Source: Promethearchaeota archaeon (GTDB lineage Archaea > Asgardarchaeota > Lokiarchaeia > Sigyniarchaeales > SOKP01). From it: a stretch of 64,000 nt of DNA. Positions 1-9,145 of the stretch are shown here, piece after piece (positions within the stretch are counted from its first letter, which is position 1; each line of letters opens with the position of its first letter). The DNA is taken from NCBI GenBank assembly GCA_030599585.1, contig JAUVNS010000013.1, forward strand, positions 69,782 through 133,781, written 5' to 3'. The translations under genes and the position numbers were made by a program. Under the pieces are notes generated by a model that had not been told where the DNA came from, ran no database searches, and saw nothing but the letters and a program-made list of their open reading frames with translations.

Positions 1-15
1 AATTTCTAATTAATT

Positions 16-1629
16 ATGCCAGACTCAAATCTTTTACCACAAGAAATATTTGATAAACGAGAAGAGTATGGATTAGAAAAGTCCTTTGAAATGCTAACAG
101 ATATTATTGAAACTGATAAAGACAATAGTAAAAGAAAAGGAGCAATAAAATTCCTTAGCAAGATAATAAAATTAGTTCCTAGTTTAAACAACGAATGCTT
201 TGCTACATTGGAAAATATCCTCATTTCTGAACTTAATATTGATGTAAAATGTGAAGGGGCAGAAGCTTTAGGAAAACTGAAGAACGATAAAGCACTCAAA
301 CCCTTAAAATGGACATTAGAACAGAAATCAGCTGGTGTTGACCTAAGATTGATAGTTTTGAAGGCAATAATGACAACGAAATTTAAAGAACCTCAAATTA
401 CAATTTTTATAAATGAATTAAATTCTGAATATAGTTCCATCAGAGAATATGTCACGAGTCAACTAGTGGGGCTTGAACCTGAAATTCTTACAAGGATATT
501 ATTGGAAAATTTAGAGAGTGAGAGCATCTCAAATAAACATAAATCAGAAATAATCAAACTAATTGGATATGAACTTTCTAGCATAAATGTTTCATTTCAA
601 GATAGAGATTATATTAAAGTGAAATATCCTGAGGTCGTTTCCAGTTTACTTCGTAATAAAACAGTATTATTAGAACAAATTACTCGAAACTTAAAAACCG
701 AAGATACTGAGTTAATTGACTCAGCAACTTTGATATTGAGACTTTTAAGCCCCGAGATTAACAAGGATGTAATCAAATTACTATTAAGTGACGACTTCAT
801 AATTAGGAAAAACGCTATCACTATAACTGGAAAGCTAAAGATAAAGGATGCTGTCGAACCTTTATTTTCAGGCTTAGATAATATTTATAGAGAAGTTAGC
901 ATAGCCACGATTGAAGCTTTAGGAGAAATTGGTGATCTTTCTTCTGTTTCCGAGTTGCTTGATGTTTTGAACGTTGAGGATATAAGCTTTGAATACACTG
1001 ACATAGACATGAAGTTTTACATAATGGATGCTGTAAAGAAAATTTATTCGAGCAATAAGGGGTCTAATTACGATTATCTGTTAACCAATTTAGAATCAAA
1101 TAGCGAAACACTTAAGGAAAGTATCGCATTCATACTAGGAGAAATTGGAAATGAGGAATTTTCCGACCCTTTAACTAAATTACTGAAAACTAGGAATTTA
1201 GATGTTAAGAAAAACGCGATTATAGCTCTAGGTAAAATTGGAAGCATTGATCCTATTTCACAATTAATAGAGATCTTAGAAAATCCAGATTCCTACTGGT
1301 TGATTAAAAAAGTAGCAATGGATGCAATATATTACATTTTTCAGAGAAATTGGTATCGAATAAAGGATAATAATGTAGAATTTAAAAGAACATTAACCAA
1401 ACACATCGCCACCTTAATTGAAGTTTTAAAGAAAAGCGAAGCAGAAAACGCTAAGGTTAAAATTAGTCTAATAAAATTCCTAGAGTTTTATGGTGATGAA
1501 CCAGCTTTGAGTGCTTTGCTCGCAAGAGTAAACGATTTTCCTAGAATAGTTAGGATACACGCAAGCAATGCGATTAAAAAAATCGAAGATAAGATAGAGG
1601 AACGACTCGGCCTCGATACAGTCGATTAA
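16..1629 (+). CDS. HEAT-repeat (PBS lyase-like) protein
   Basis: Repeated helical units of the form vr..A..ALG.ig...av..L (AEALGKLK, IEALGEIG, FILGEIG, IIALGKIG); 537 aa. Confidence 0.85.
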   Translation: MPDSNLLPQEIFDKREEYGLEKSFEMLTDIIETDKDNSKRKGAIKFLSKIIKLVPSLNNECFATLENILISELNIDVKCEGAEALGKLKNDKALKPLKWTLEQKSAGVDLRLIVLKAIMTTKFKEPQITIFINELNSEYSSIREYVTSQLVGLEPEILTRILLENLESESISNKHKSEIIKLIGYELSSINVSFQDRDYIKVKYPEVVSSLLRNKTVLLEQITRNLKTEDTELIDSATLILRLLSPEINKDVIKLLLSDDFIIRKNAITITGKLKIKDAVEPLFSGLDNIYREVSIATIEALGEIGDLSSVSELLDVLNVEDISFEYTDIDMKFYIMDAVKKIYSSNKGSNYDYLLTNLESNSETLKESIAFILGEIGNEEFSDPLTKLLKTRNLDVKKNAIIALGKIGSIDPISQLIEILENPDSYWLIKKVAMDAIYYIFQRNWYRIKDNNVEFKRTLTKHIATLIEVLKKSEAENAKVKISLIKFLEFYGDEPALSALLARVNDFPRIVRIHASNAIKKIEDKIEERLGLDTVD

Positions 1630-1750
1630 ATGTGCAAAAAGACCCTTTTCCCTTTTTTTAGTAAATTTTAATATATGTAATCCATAACCATAACATAATT
1701 ATCAAATTATTAAATCTGGCTAATAGAAAGTTTTTGATGATTAATAGAAA

Positions 1751-3250
1751 ATGACGGAAAATCCAACTGAACACGAGTCAGAATCTACTCAATATGATTA
1801 TTCCTTTGATTATATTCAAAAGAAACTCGAGGGGAAAAAAGACTCCTATGGAATGTTAATGAAGGAAATAGTTCGAGCAGGTATCTGTACTGAGTGTGGA
1901 ACATGTGCCGCCGTTTGTCCAGTGCTCGAATGGGACCATTTGGCTGGACAACCTAAGTTAATAGGCAAATGCACTGGCTGTGGAATTTGTTACAATCAAT
2001 GCCCCCGAACTATTACCGACCCGATTCAATTGATGGGAGAATTCAAGACAGGGTATGTGTCGAATACAAATATTCCAGAAGTAGTTGGAGCTCAAGATGG
2101 AGGGACTGTGACTTCTTTATTATGTTATTTGTTCGCTGAGCATTTAATTGATGCAGCAATTGTTTCAACAAAAGATCCTAAAAATCCATGGCATCCAGTT
2201 TCACAAATTATTACAAATAAAGAGGAGGCCATTAAAGCAGCCGGTTCCATTTATTGCCATTCTCAAACTGTTGAAGCTCTAATGGACGCAATACGAGAAG
2301 GTTATCGCTCGATTGCTTTTGTTGGCACACCCTGCAATATCGATGCTGTTGATAAGATGACGAGCTCTCCAGCAGGCATGTTAAAATATTTCATGCGAGC
2401 ACATATTCTTAAGATTGGCTTATTCTGCATGGATTCGTTTGCTCCTGAAACACTTTATCCGTTTTTTGAAACAGATGGCATAGAATTAGCTAAAGTAGTA
2501 AAAATGGATATCAATAAGGGAAAGTTCCACATATATTACGATCACGATGGAGAACCAGTAAAATCATACTCCATTAGGGAATTACACAAATTCAAATCTT
2601 CGAGTTGTAATTTCTGTACAGATCTGACTGCTGAAAATGCAGACATTTCAATAGGTTCTGTCGGAAGCGGTCCTAAGAAAAACACGGCTTTTGCAAGAAC
2701 TGGGATTGGAACAGAGATAATTGAAGATGCTGCGAAAAAAGGGTATCTACAAATCGAACCTTATAACGCTATTAATTTAAACGCAGTATTGTTTCTAGCC
2801 AAACTTAAAAAAGTTTCTAAATATAATATTCAAAAACGTAAAGTTTTTATCGTCCAAGACTCTCAAAAACAAGAGGAACCAAAATTTGAAACAAAACCGG
2901 AAGCAGAGCAAACAATAACGAAGCCGTTGGGTTCCAGAAAATTCTTGAAAGTCTCAAAAAGTATTAACGAGGAAGACGTTGTGCTAAAGATTTCGTTAAC
3001 CAATTCTGTTGGTTATCTCTTGGAAGATATAAAGATTAGGATTGTCATAGTCGAAGAGCTTTTTGAAAAGAAGCCATGGATAACTTCAATCAGAGAATTA
3101 TTTCCTTACGAAACAATAGAAATAGGTTATCCTTTAGAAACCGTTAATAACGACATAGTCTACTCCAACGTACTAGTAGAAGCATCAACGGAAAAATTTG
3201 GAAAAATTTTCTCAAGAACCTTTAAATTAGCCCCAAAAGAAGAAAAATGA
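1751..3250 (+). CDS. Coenzyme F420 hydrogenase/dehydrogenase beta-subunit family (FrhB/FdhB-like) with N-terminal 2x[4Fe-4S] and an extra C-terminal beta-sandwich domain
   Basis: CTECGTCAAVCP and CTGCGICYNQCP ferredoxin motifs; QDGGTVTSLL, VGTPC, IGLFC, CNFCTD..AENADISIGSVG FrhB motifs. Confidence 0.9.
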   Translation: MTENPTEHESESTQYDYSFDYIQKKLEGKKDSYGMLMKEIVRAGICTECGTCAAVCPVLEWDHLAGQPKLIGKCTGCGICYNQCPRTITDPIQLMGEFKTGYVSNTNIPEVVGAQDGGTVTSLLCYLFAEHLIDAAIVSTKDPKNPWHPVSQIITNKEEAIKAAGSIYCHSQTVEALMDAIREGYRSIAFVGTPCNIDAVDKMTSSPAGMLKYFMRAHILKIGLFCMDSFAPETLYPFFETDGIELAKVVKMDINKGKFHIYYDHDGEPVKSYSIRELHKFKSSSCNFCTDLTAENADISIGSVGSGPKKNTAFARTGIGTEIIEDAAKKGYLQIEPYNAINLNAVLFLAKLKKVSKYNIQKRKVFIVQDSQKQEEPKFETKPEAEQTITKPLGSRKFLKVSKSINEEDVVLKISLTNSVGYLLEDIKIRIVIVEELFEKKPWITSIRELFPYETIEIGYPLETVNNDIVYSNVLVEASTEKFGKIFSRTFKLAPKEEK

Positions 3251-3269
3251 TACTATTCCCTACGAGTTC

Positions 3270-4457
3270 CTATGCTGAATTTTCAGGGCTAATCAAGATA
3301 GTATCTTCGCAAAAAATTTCAAACACTACTTTACAATACCTAAGTTTACTATTTAGTAGTTTTAAAATGTTTTCACCAAAATGTCTAAGGTTTTTGGAAT
3401 AATAGATTTTTTGATTACCTTGTTCGATTATGTACGAGTGAATCAATTCTCTGGTTTTGTCGTGTCCTTGCTTTTTTAAATATTTTTTCCAATGAACCGA
3501 TACTCTAGTAATTTTCTCGATTTTAGTATCTGGGTAAAAAATTTTATCAAAAATCAAATCGTGAAGATGGATTAATATATTACCCAGTTTTTCGAGATAA
3601 TCAGAAATCGCATAAGAATGTCTTACAAGACTGATCATATTCGAGATGATTCTGGTACTCCTAGTATTCGCGCACTCTTCAAATGATTTCCAGCTTTCAT
3701 ACCATTCGTCGATAGAAAATCCTTCTGATTTACTGAAAACCATTGCAACATTTATAATATCACTGAGATCAACATTATGACCTCTATTCAGTTTCTTCTT
3801 AAAAATATCTTTTAAATCTGAGCCATCGAGATATGTTCCTGCTCCAAAATCAAGCCCTTGATTTATATCATTGGATGCAATAAGTACGTGTTCCTTGGTA
3901 GCATGTGAAATTGGATCTTCCCAGTAAACTGTTTTTTCCCATTCTTTCGTAATTTTATTTTTTATCCATCCGTTCGTTTCCAAGACGTGTTCGAGTAAAT
4001 CAATCGTGTAAATCCAAAGATCAATGTCATCCGTAAATCTTTTTCTTCTCCAATCTCGGGATGTATATTTTCCCAAATATAATTTCACCGTTCCTCTTAC
4101 CAATGCAAATTTTCCGTTTTTCATTGCTTCGACCGCGTCCGTATGATACGGAGCATTAGTATTGTTAGATATTTTTACAATTTCATTCAAAATGACCCTT
4201 GCTTCTGTGGCTACTATATCTGTTGGAATGTTTCCGTCTGACGGATATTCCCTTGATCCACCCTCTATAAATTTTTGAAATAACTTAAAATCATTTGAAG
4301 GAATTGAATATCGTGAATTTTCAAACATTTTTTTAGTAAAAACATAATGCGTAAAACCATCGAGATCTTCATAAGTATCTTTCGTTATTGAATTAATAAT
4401 TCTAAGGTTATCACCTTTTATCATTTCATCAGCATTACAATCCCAAATATCGTTCAT
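3270..4457 (-). CDS. Putative nucleotidyltransferase-fold protein (AbiEii/DNA pol beta-like)
   Basis: LVRGTVKLYL...RFTDDIDLW (R-x-T-x-D-I-D) and later KKKLNRGHNVDLSDI (K...R..D..D) motifs. Confidence 0.55.
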   Translation of the reverse strand: MNDIWDCNADEMIKGDNLRIINSITKDTYEDLDGFTHYVFTKKMFENSRYSIPSNDFKLFQKFIEGGSREYPSDGNIPTDIVATEARVILNEIVKISNNTNAPYHTDAVEAMKNGKFALVRGTVKLYLGKYTSRDWRRKRFTDDIDLWIYTIDLLEHVLETNGWIKNKITKEWEKTVYWEDPISHATKEHVLIASNDINQGLDFGAGTYLDGSDLKDIFKKKLNRGHNVDLSDIINVAMVFSKSEGFSIDEWYESWKSFEECANTRSTRIISNMISLVRHSYAISDYLEKLGNILIHLHDLIFDKIFYPDTKIEKITRVSVHWKKYLKKQGHDKTRELIHSYIIEQGNQKIYYSKNLRHFGENILKLLNSKLRYCKVVFEIFCEDTILISPENSA

Positions 4458-4668
4458 GACAAAAACCTATTTTTTAACTACTTATATGTCAAGTGGCTTT
4501 ATAATTTTATCTATGGTTTCATTATTTAATATTTTTGAATGAATTTCATAAGTAATTGATTGATTTAAATTATCAAATACTCAAATCCTATACTTTTTTA
4601 ACACTTAATTCATTGCAAAAATTAATTATTAAATGTTAATAAGTAATAATTGCTAAAGGTGATTAATC

Positions 4669-5577
4669 CTGAAGATAAGCTTAGTTGGTTTGGGGGGCTG
4701 CGGTAAGACGAGTCTTTACTCCGTAGCATTTGCTGAGACGAAACCAGAGGATACCAAGAAATTGAGTCCAACAATTTTATATGAAACGAGAAGGCATCCC
4801 TTTCTTGGACTTCAAGTTGGAATTTTCGATTTCGGTGGCCAGGAACAATATCGAAAAGAGTATATGGACCGGCCAGACATCTTCAAAGGAACCGATGTAT
4901 TAATTTGTGTCGTTGATCTGCACGATCCGAATTCTTTTGATCAAGCGAAAGAGTATTTTGAGGGCTTATTGGATATCCATCGGAAAAATAACGAAAAGCC
5001 TAAAGTCCTATTGTTCTTGCATAAGTACGATACTGAGGACTATCAGAAAGAAATGCTGGATACTAACGTAAAGAACGCTAAGGAACTCTTTTTAGATGTC
5101 TTTAAAGATTACGATTTCGAATCAAAACTCACGAGTATTTATCAGCAAGATGAATTGGCTAAAATTTTCCGCGATATATTGATTTCCTCGTATAAAGACC
5201 TAAAGAAATCTGTAGAAAAGGCTGAAAGTCAACTTGAGGAAATAAAAGCAAAAATAATAATTTCTGATGTTTCTGGTAATGTATTGGTTCATAACGTTCA
5301 AGGTGTTAGTAGTGGTTTGACATTAAGGGGGGACTTAAGGGATTTTATTGACGCATGTAATACCGTAAGAGAGAATATTTTTATGTCCGATTCATGCCGT
5401 TTCACGGGTCAAAGTGAGGACGGAAAAGGGATCGAGCTCCATATCTTTAAATATATTATCTCCGTATTTGTTATGAAGTCAGGAGAATTAGAAAGAGAAT
5501 CTCAGGACAAGTTAAATGTGCTACTTAACGATATGAAATTATTTGCAGATTTGATCATTTCTGCGCATAATGATTAG
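4669..5577 (+). CDS. Rag/Gtr-like small GTPase with C-terminal roadblock/longin-like domain
   Basis: G1 GLGGCGKTS, G2 PT, G3 DFGGQ, G4 HKYD; C-terminal alpha/beta domain starting KIIISDVSGNVL. Start extended from 4690 to CTG at 4669 so that beta-strand 1 (KISLVG) is included; in-frame TGA at 4660. Confidence 0.85.
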   Translation: MKISLVGLGGCGKTSLYSVAFAETKPEDTKKLSPTILYETRRHPFLGLQVGIFDFGGQEQYRKEYMDRPDIFKGTDVLICVVDLHDPNSFDQAKEYFEGLLDIHRKNNEKPKVLLFLHKYDTEDYQKEMLDTNVKNAKELFLDVFKDYDFESKLTSIYQQDELAKIFRDILISSYKDLKKSVEKAESQLEEIKAKIIISDVSGNVLVHNVQGVSSGLTLRGDLRDFIDACNTVRENIFMSDSCRFTGQSEDGKGIELHIFKYIISVFVMKSGELERESQDKLNVLLNDMKLFADLIISAHND

Positions 5578-5716
5578 AACTTGAGAAATAAGTATTAATT
5601 TTTTCTTTTAAATTTCTATTATTGAAAATTGTATTTAAATATAATTTTGAAATCTATCTCCTTTAATAATTATTAAAAAAAGAGCTCTGATTCTAAAAAT
5701 CTTAATAATAATAAAT

Positions 5717-7114
5717 CTAGTTTTCTAACAATTTGCGAATGTATCTATCTTTATTTTTATTAAAAAATTCTGATATATCGTTATTTGTCGGATTTGTATC
5801 CATAATTTTATCTATAAGCAAATCTCTAGCTTGAGCAAATGTCTTATCCCATAATTTATAAGCTATGTGATCTAGATTGACTACATTAAGTATTTCTTTT
5901 ATCTGTTTTCGTGAAGCATTGATTAAAATAAGATCTTTAAAAATATAATTGAAATATGCTAATTTTGCTTTATAATATCCTCCCCAAAAATTAATAACAT
6001 AATGTCTCAACGCCATTCTCGATAAAGCAGGAAAAAATTCAATCATTCTATCATAATCATAACCTTCTACGATATATGTTGCTATTGTTTCTTTTAAAAG
6101 CTTTAGTCTTACTTGCGTAAAACTCATGTTATATATTATTTGACACCATCTCCCAATTTTTTGCTCTGTAACTCTATTTCCATCTAAACCAATCATTGGG
6201 GCAATAGCTATTTTGCGATATCCTTTTTTAATAAGTGGTTCAATCGTGTCTTTGATAAATTGATATCTTAATTCCATATAAGTGAATGAATATCCTGATT
6301 TTGGTTTTTTATATTCTCTTTTTATTCTATCTAAAATTGTTTCTTTTGTAACATTAAAATGTTGAGCAATTTGCGTTAAAGGAGCCTTCATCAAATCAAT
6401 TGTAATTGACTTTCGCAACATTGTATCTAGTTCCTTCATCGGTATTTCAATCCATGAAGGGCTTTTGTTCCCAATCAGGGGAAGTTTTCCATCTAAATCT
6501 CCTATTATTTCATTATAACCTTTTCTAAGATCATAGCCATCTTCATTATCAGTCCTAAAAAAATACAATTGCCAAAAAATTTCTTTAGCACTAAGATTTT
6601 GCTCATTACAACAAACATCTAAGATTTCATAACTAAAAGATTTTGGTTCGTTTAAAGATTTGCGTATAATTCGATTAAAGCGTGCATTATTTATGTATTC
6701 ACTGTTGTTATTTACTCTAAATGAGTCTGATTTATATATATTCCAACGTTTTTTAAAAGTTAATATTGTCTTCCCTATTCGGTTTTTATTTCTTTTATTG
6801 TATGTGATTTTATAAATTATTCCATAATATTCTTTGAATCCTTGAATAAACTCCTTATACAGTTCATTTATCTCATCCTGAGAAAGCTTTACTCTACTTT
6901 TGGAAAAATCTAAATTAAAAGTTTTTAGGTATTTAGAGAAGATATTATCAAATTTTCTTAGATAATAGTCTAAAAATTCTAATGCATCACTATAACAATG
7001 AGAAACAAGTTTTTCATCACAATTCAAGAAGGGATATTTAGGTGCGACAAAACTATCTTTATTGAATCGATTGCCTTTCTTTTCCATATCTAACTCTTTT
7101 TTTATTTTCCTCAA
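5717..7114 (-). CDS. GIY-YIG nuclease-domain protein with C-terminal helical/HTH-like repeats (free-standing homing-endonuclease-like)
   Basis: GIIYKIT..RIGKT..KKRW, FSYEILDVC..L..KEIFW..GYDL matches the GIY-YIG pattern; very AT-rich. Confidence 0.65.
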   Translation of the reverse strand: MRKIKKELDMEKKGNRFNKDSFVAPKYPFLNCDEKLVSHCYSDALEFLDYYLRKFDNIFSKYLKTFNLDFSKSRVKLSQDEINELYKEFIQGFKEYYGIIYKITYNKRNKNRIGKTILTFKKRWNIYKSDSFRVNNNSEYINNARFNRIIRKSLNEPKSFSYEILDVCCNEQNLSAKEIFWQLYFFRTDNEDGYDLRKGYNEIIGDLDGKLPLIGNKSPSWIEIPMKELDTMLRKSITIDLMKAPLTQIAQHFNVTKETILDRIKREYKKPKSGYSFTYMELRYQFIKDTIEPLIKKGYRKIAIAPMIGLDGNRVTEQKIGRWCQIIYNMSFTQVRLKLLKETIATYIVEGYDYDRMIEFFPALSRMALRHYVINFWGGYYKAKLAYFNYIFKDLILINASRKQIKEILNVVNLDHIAYKLWDKTFAQARDLLIDKIMDTNPTNNDISEFFNKNKDRYIRKLLEN

Positions 7115-7327
7115 GCATATTTAGCTAATTAAACTTAAAATTTAATTACCCTCCTCTAAATTTCTAAAATAATCTTTATCTATAGATTTAATAATTTCAG
7201 CTCACAACGACTAACCTCAATATCAATTTATTTATTTTTACTTTTATCTCTTTTTTAGTATTTAACTCTTTGAGTAAATATTTTCGAAAAATTTTTTGTA
7301 TTTGCATTATTATTAAAATTGTATCAA

Positions 7328-8464
7328 ATGTCGGAAAAAGTAGAAGATCGAATTAAAGAATTAGAAGAACGATTGGCTTCCACGAAGGTAAATAAGGCAA
7401 CGCAAAAAAGTATTAACTTCATTAAAGCACAGCTAGCGAAACTCAGAGAAGATCTGATTCGTATTGCCAGTTCTAAGAAAGGCGGTGGTGGTGGCTTTGG
7501 AATTAAAAGAACCGGAGATGCTCAAGTGGCATTCATTGGATTTCCCTCAGTTGGGAAATCTTCTTTATTAAATTTGCTAACTGAAGGTAATACTAAATCT
7601 AAAGTTGCAGCATATGATTTTACTACTGTTACAGCCATACCGGGCATGATGGATATCGAAGAAGCGAAAGTTCAGCTTATAGATTTACCGGGAATAATTT
7701 TAGGTGCTGCGGCTGGTAAAGGAAGGGGAAAAGAAGTATTAGCAGTGGTACGCTCGGCAGAGTTAGTGCTAATTATAATATGTTTTCGTTCTGATGGGAC
7801 AATTAATTTTTCTGATTTGAAATCTATTAGAATGGAGTTAAATAACGCAGGGATCCGGTTAAATACAAGACCACCTAGGATTGTTATTAAAGAGCGTACG
7901 CGCGGAGGAATTTATTTTACTTACAAAGGCCATCAAATCATGGATACAGACGAAGTAAAAGCTCTAATGAACGAACTGAAAGTCAGAAACGCTGGTGTTT
8001 ATTTCTCTGAACCAGATACTACGCCAGATCAATTAATAGATTTTGTATTTGGAAATCGTATCTACACAAGAGAATTTGTTGTCATAAATAAATCAGATCT
8101 AATGAAAACACCAATTTCCCCTGTAGAGATTACAGAAGCAATTGGTCACGAACATTGGGTTATGATCTCAGCTAAAAATAAAGAAAATATTAACACACTT
8201 AGGCATAATATCTTCACTGAGCTAAATTTGATCCGCGTATTTTTAAAGCCACCAAGAGAGGAGGCTGATATGGATGAGCCAATAATTCTCCACCACGGCG
8301 ATACGCTGGAGAAACTCTGTCGTAAGATTCACAACCGATTCATAAAAGATTATCGCTACTCGTTAGTCTGGGGTAAATCTGCTAAACATCCAGGTCAAAA
8401 ATTTGAGAACCTAGATCATGTTATTGAAGATGGAGACATCATCTCGATTTATTTGAAGCGATAA
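7328..8464 (+). CDS. drg: DRG/RBG family GTP-binding protein (OBG superfamily, TGS domain)
   Basis: GFPSVGKS, YDFTT, DLPGII, GKGRGK, NKSD; C-terminal TGS (VWGKSAKHPGQK); ATG at 7328. Confidence 0.93.
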   Translation: MSEKVEDRIKELEERLASTKVNKATQKSINFIKAQLAKLREDLIRIASSKKGGGGGFGIKRTGDAQVAFIGFPSVGKSSLLNLLTEGNTKSKVAAYDFTTVTAIPGMMDIEEAKVQLIDLPGIILGAAAGKGRGKEVLAVVRSAELVLIIICFRSDGTINFSDLKSIRMELNNAGIRLNTRPPRIVIKERTRGGIYFTYKGHQIMDTDEVKALMNELKVRNAGVYFSEPDTTPDQLIDFVFGNRIYTREFVVINKSDLMKTPISPVEITEAIGHEHWVMISAKNKENINTLRHNIFTELNLIRVFLKPPREEADMDEPIILHHGDTLEKLCRKIHNRFIKDYRYSLVWGKSAKHPGQKFENLDHVIEDGDIISIYLKR

Positions 8465-8498
8465 TTGGAATTTTCATAGTTTGTATAATTAATAAAAC

Positions 8499-9137
8499 CT
8501 AAGTGTAAAAAATCCTATATAACTCATCATAAATCTCCGCAAGTTTGGAGATTCTATATGGATCGTTTTCCTGTAATGATTGAAGGAGATAAGAATTTAA
8601 ACCTTGAGGATTTTTAATCCACTCTAAAAAGCCTTCCACTTCCGCCTTAAGATATGGATCAACTGAGGGTTGTGCTAATCTACTGCTCATATCAGCCAAA
8701 TCATTGTCACCGGAATCATCTACTTTGGTTTCACTAAATTGTAATTTTGATCCTTTTCTCATCATAGCGGCTGCCCTCGCTATAGCGGGGTACGCCATAT
8801 GCATCCAATTTTTTGCTTTGTGCTTGATATGAGCTATAATATACACATCAGTTCCTGGTATGGATGAACCAACTAAGTGTCCCTTTTTCTGTCGGTTAGT
8901 AGCTATAAATCTTTCAGGTTGCATTTGAAGAACTGAATATCTTATGCGATTCATATTCACAAACTGAGCACTACCGCTACTCCAACTATCTAATACTCCT
9001 TTAACGTCTTTTGATACCTTCCAGTTGGCAGTTGAGTGAAGAACTTTTGCGTTACTATTAATCACAACTACTTCTGTCGCATCTGAATAATGTTTTTTTA
9101 AGCTTTTTACAATTAATTTATAATTGACTATACTCAT
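8499..9137 (-). CDS. Asgard-type profilin with ~80 aa C-terminal extension
   Basis: VVINSNAKVLHSTANW, IRYSVLQMQPERFIATN..KGHLVG pattern matches the Lokiarchaeal profilin pattern as I recall it (T.NW, .Y.i....ER...TN..GKGH). Confidence 0.75.
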   Translation of the reverse strand: MSIVNYKLIVKSLKKHYSDATEVVVINSNAKVLHSTANWKVSKDVKGVLDSWSSGSAQFVNMNRIRYSVLQMQPERFIATNRQKKGHLVGSSIPGTDVYIIAHIKHKAKNWMHMAYPAIARAAAMMRKGSKLQFSETKVDDSGDNDLADMSSRLAQPSVDPYLKAEVEGFLEWIKNPQGLNSYLLQSLQENDPYRISKLAEIYDELYRIFYT

Positions 9138-9145
9138 CCACCAAT

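Noticed and set aside
16-3250. HEAT protein + FrhB tail as a split adaptin (trunk + ear)
   Set aside because: The repeats are generic PBS-lyase HEAT type; only adjacency supports the idea
3248-3270. Selenocysteine read-through at the TGA stop of the FrhB-like gene (and other TGA stops)
   Set aside because: The proteins are complete at the TGA, no conserved Cys position is involved, and I found no convincing SECIS
5578-7318. IS element around the GIY-YIG gene
   Set aside because: No transposase motifs, terminal inverted repeats or target-site duplication detected by eye
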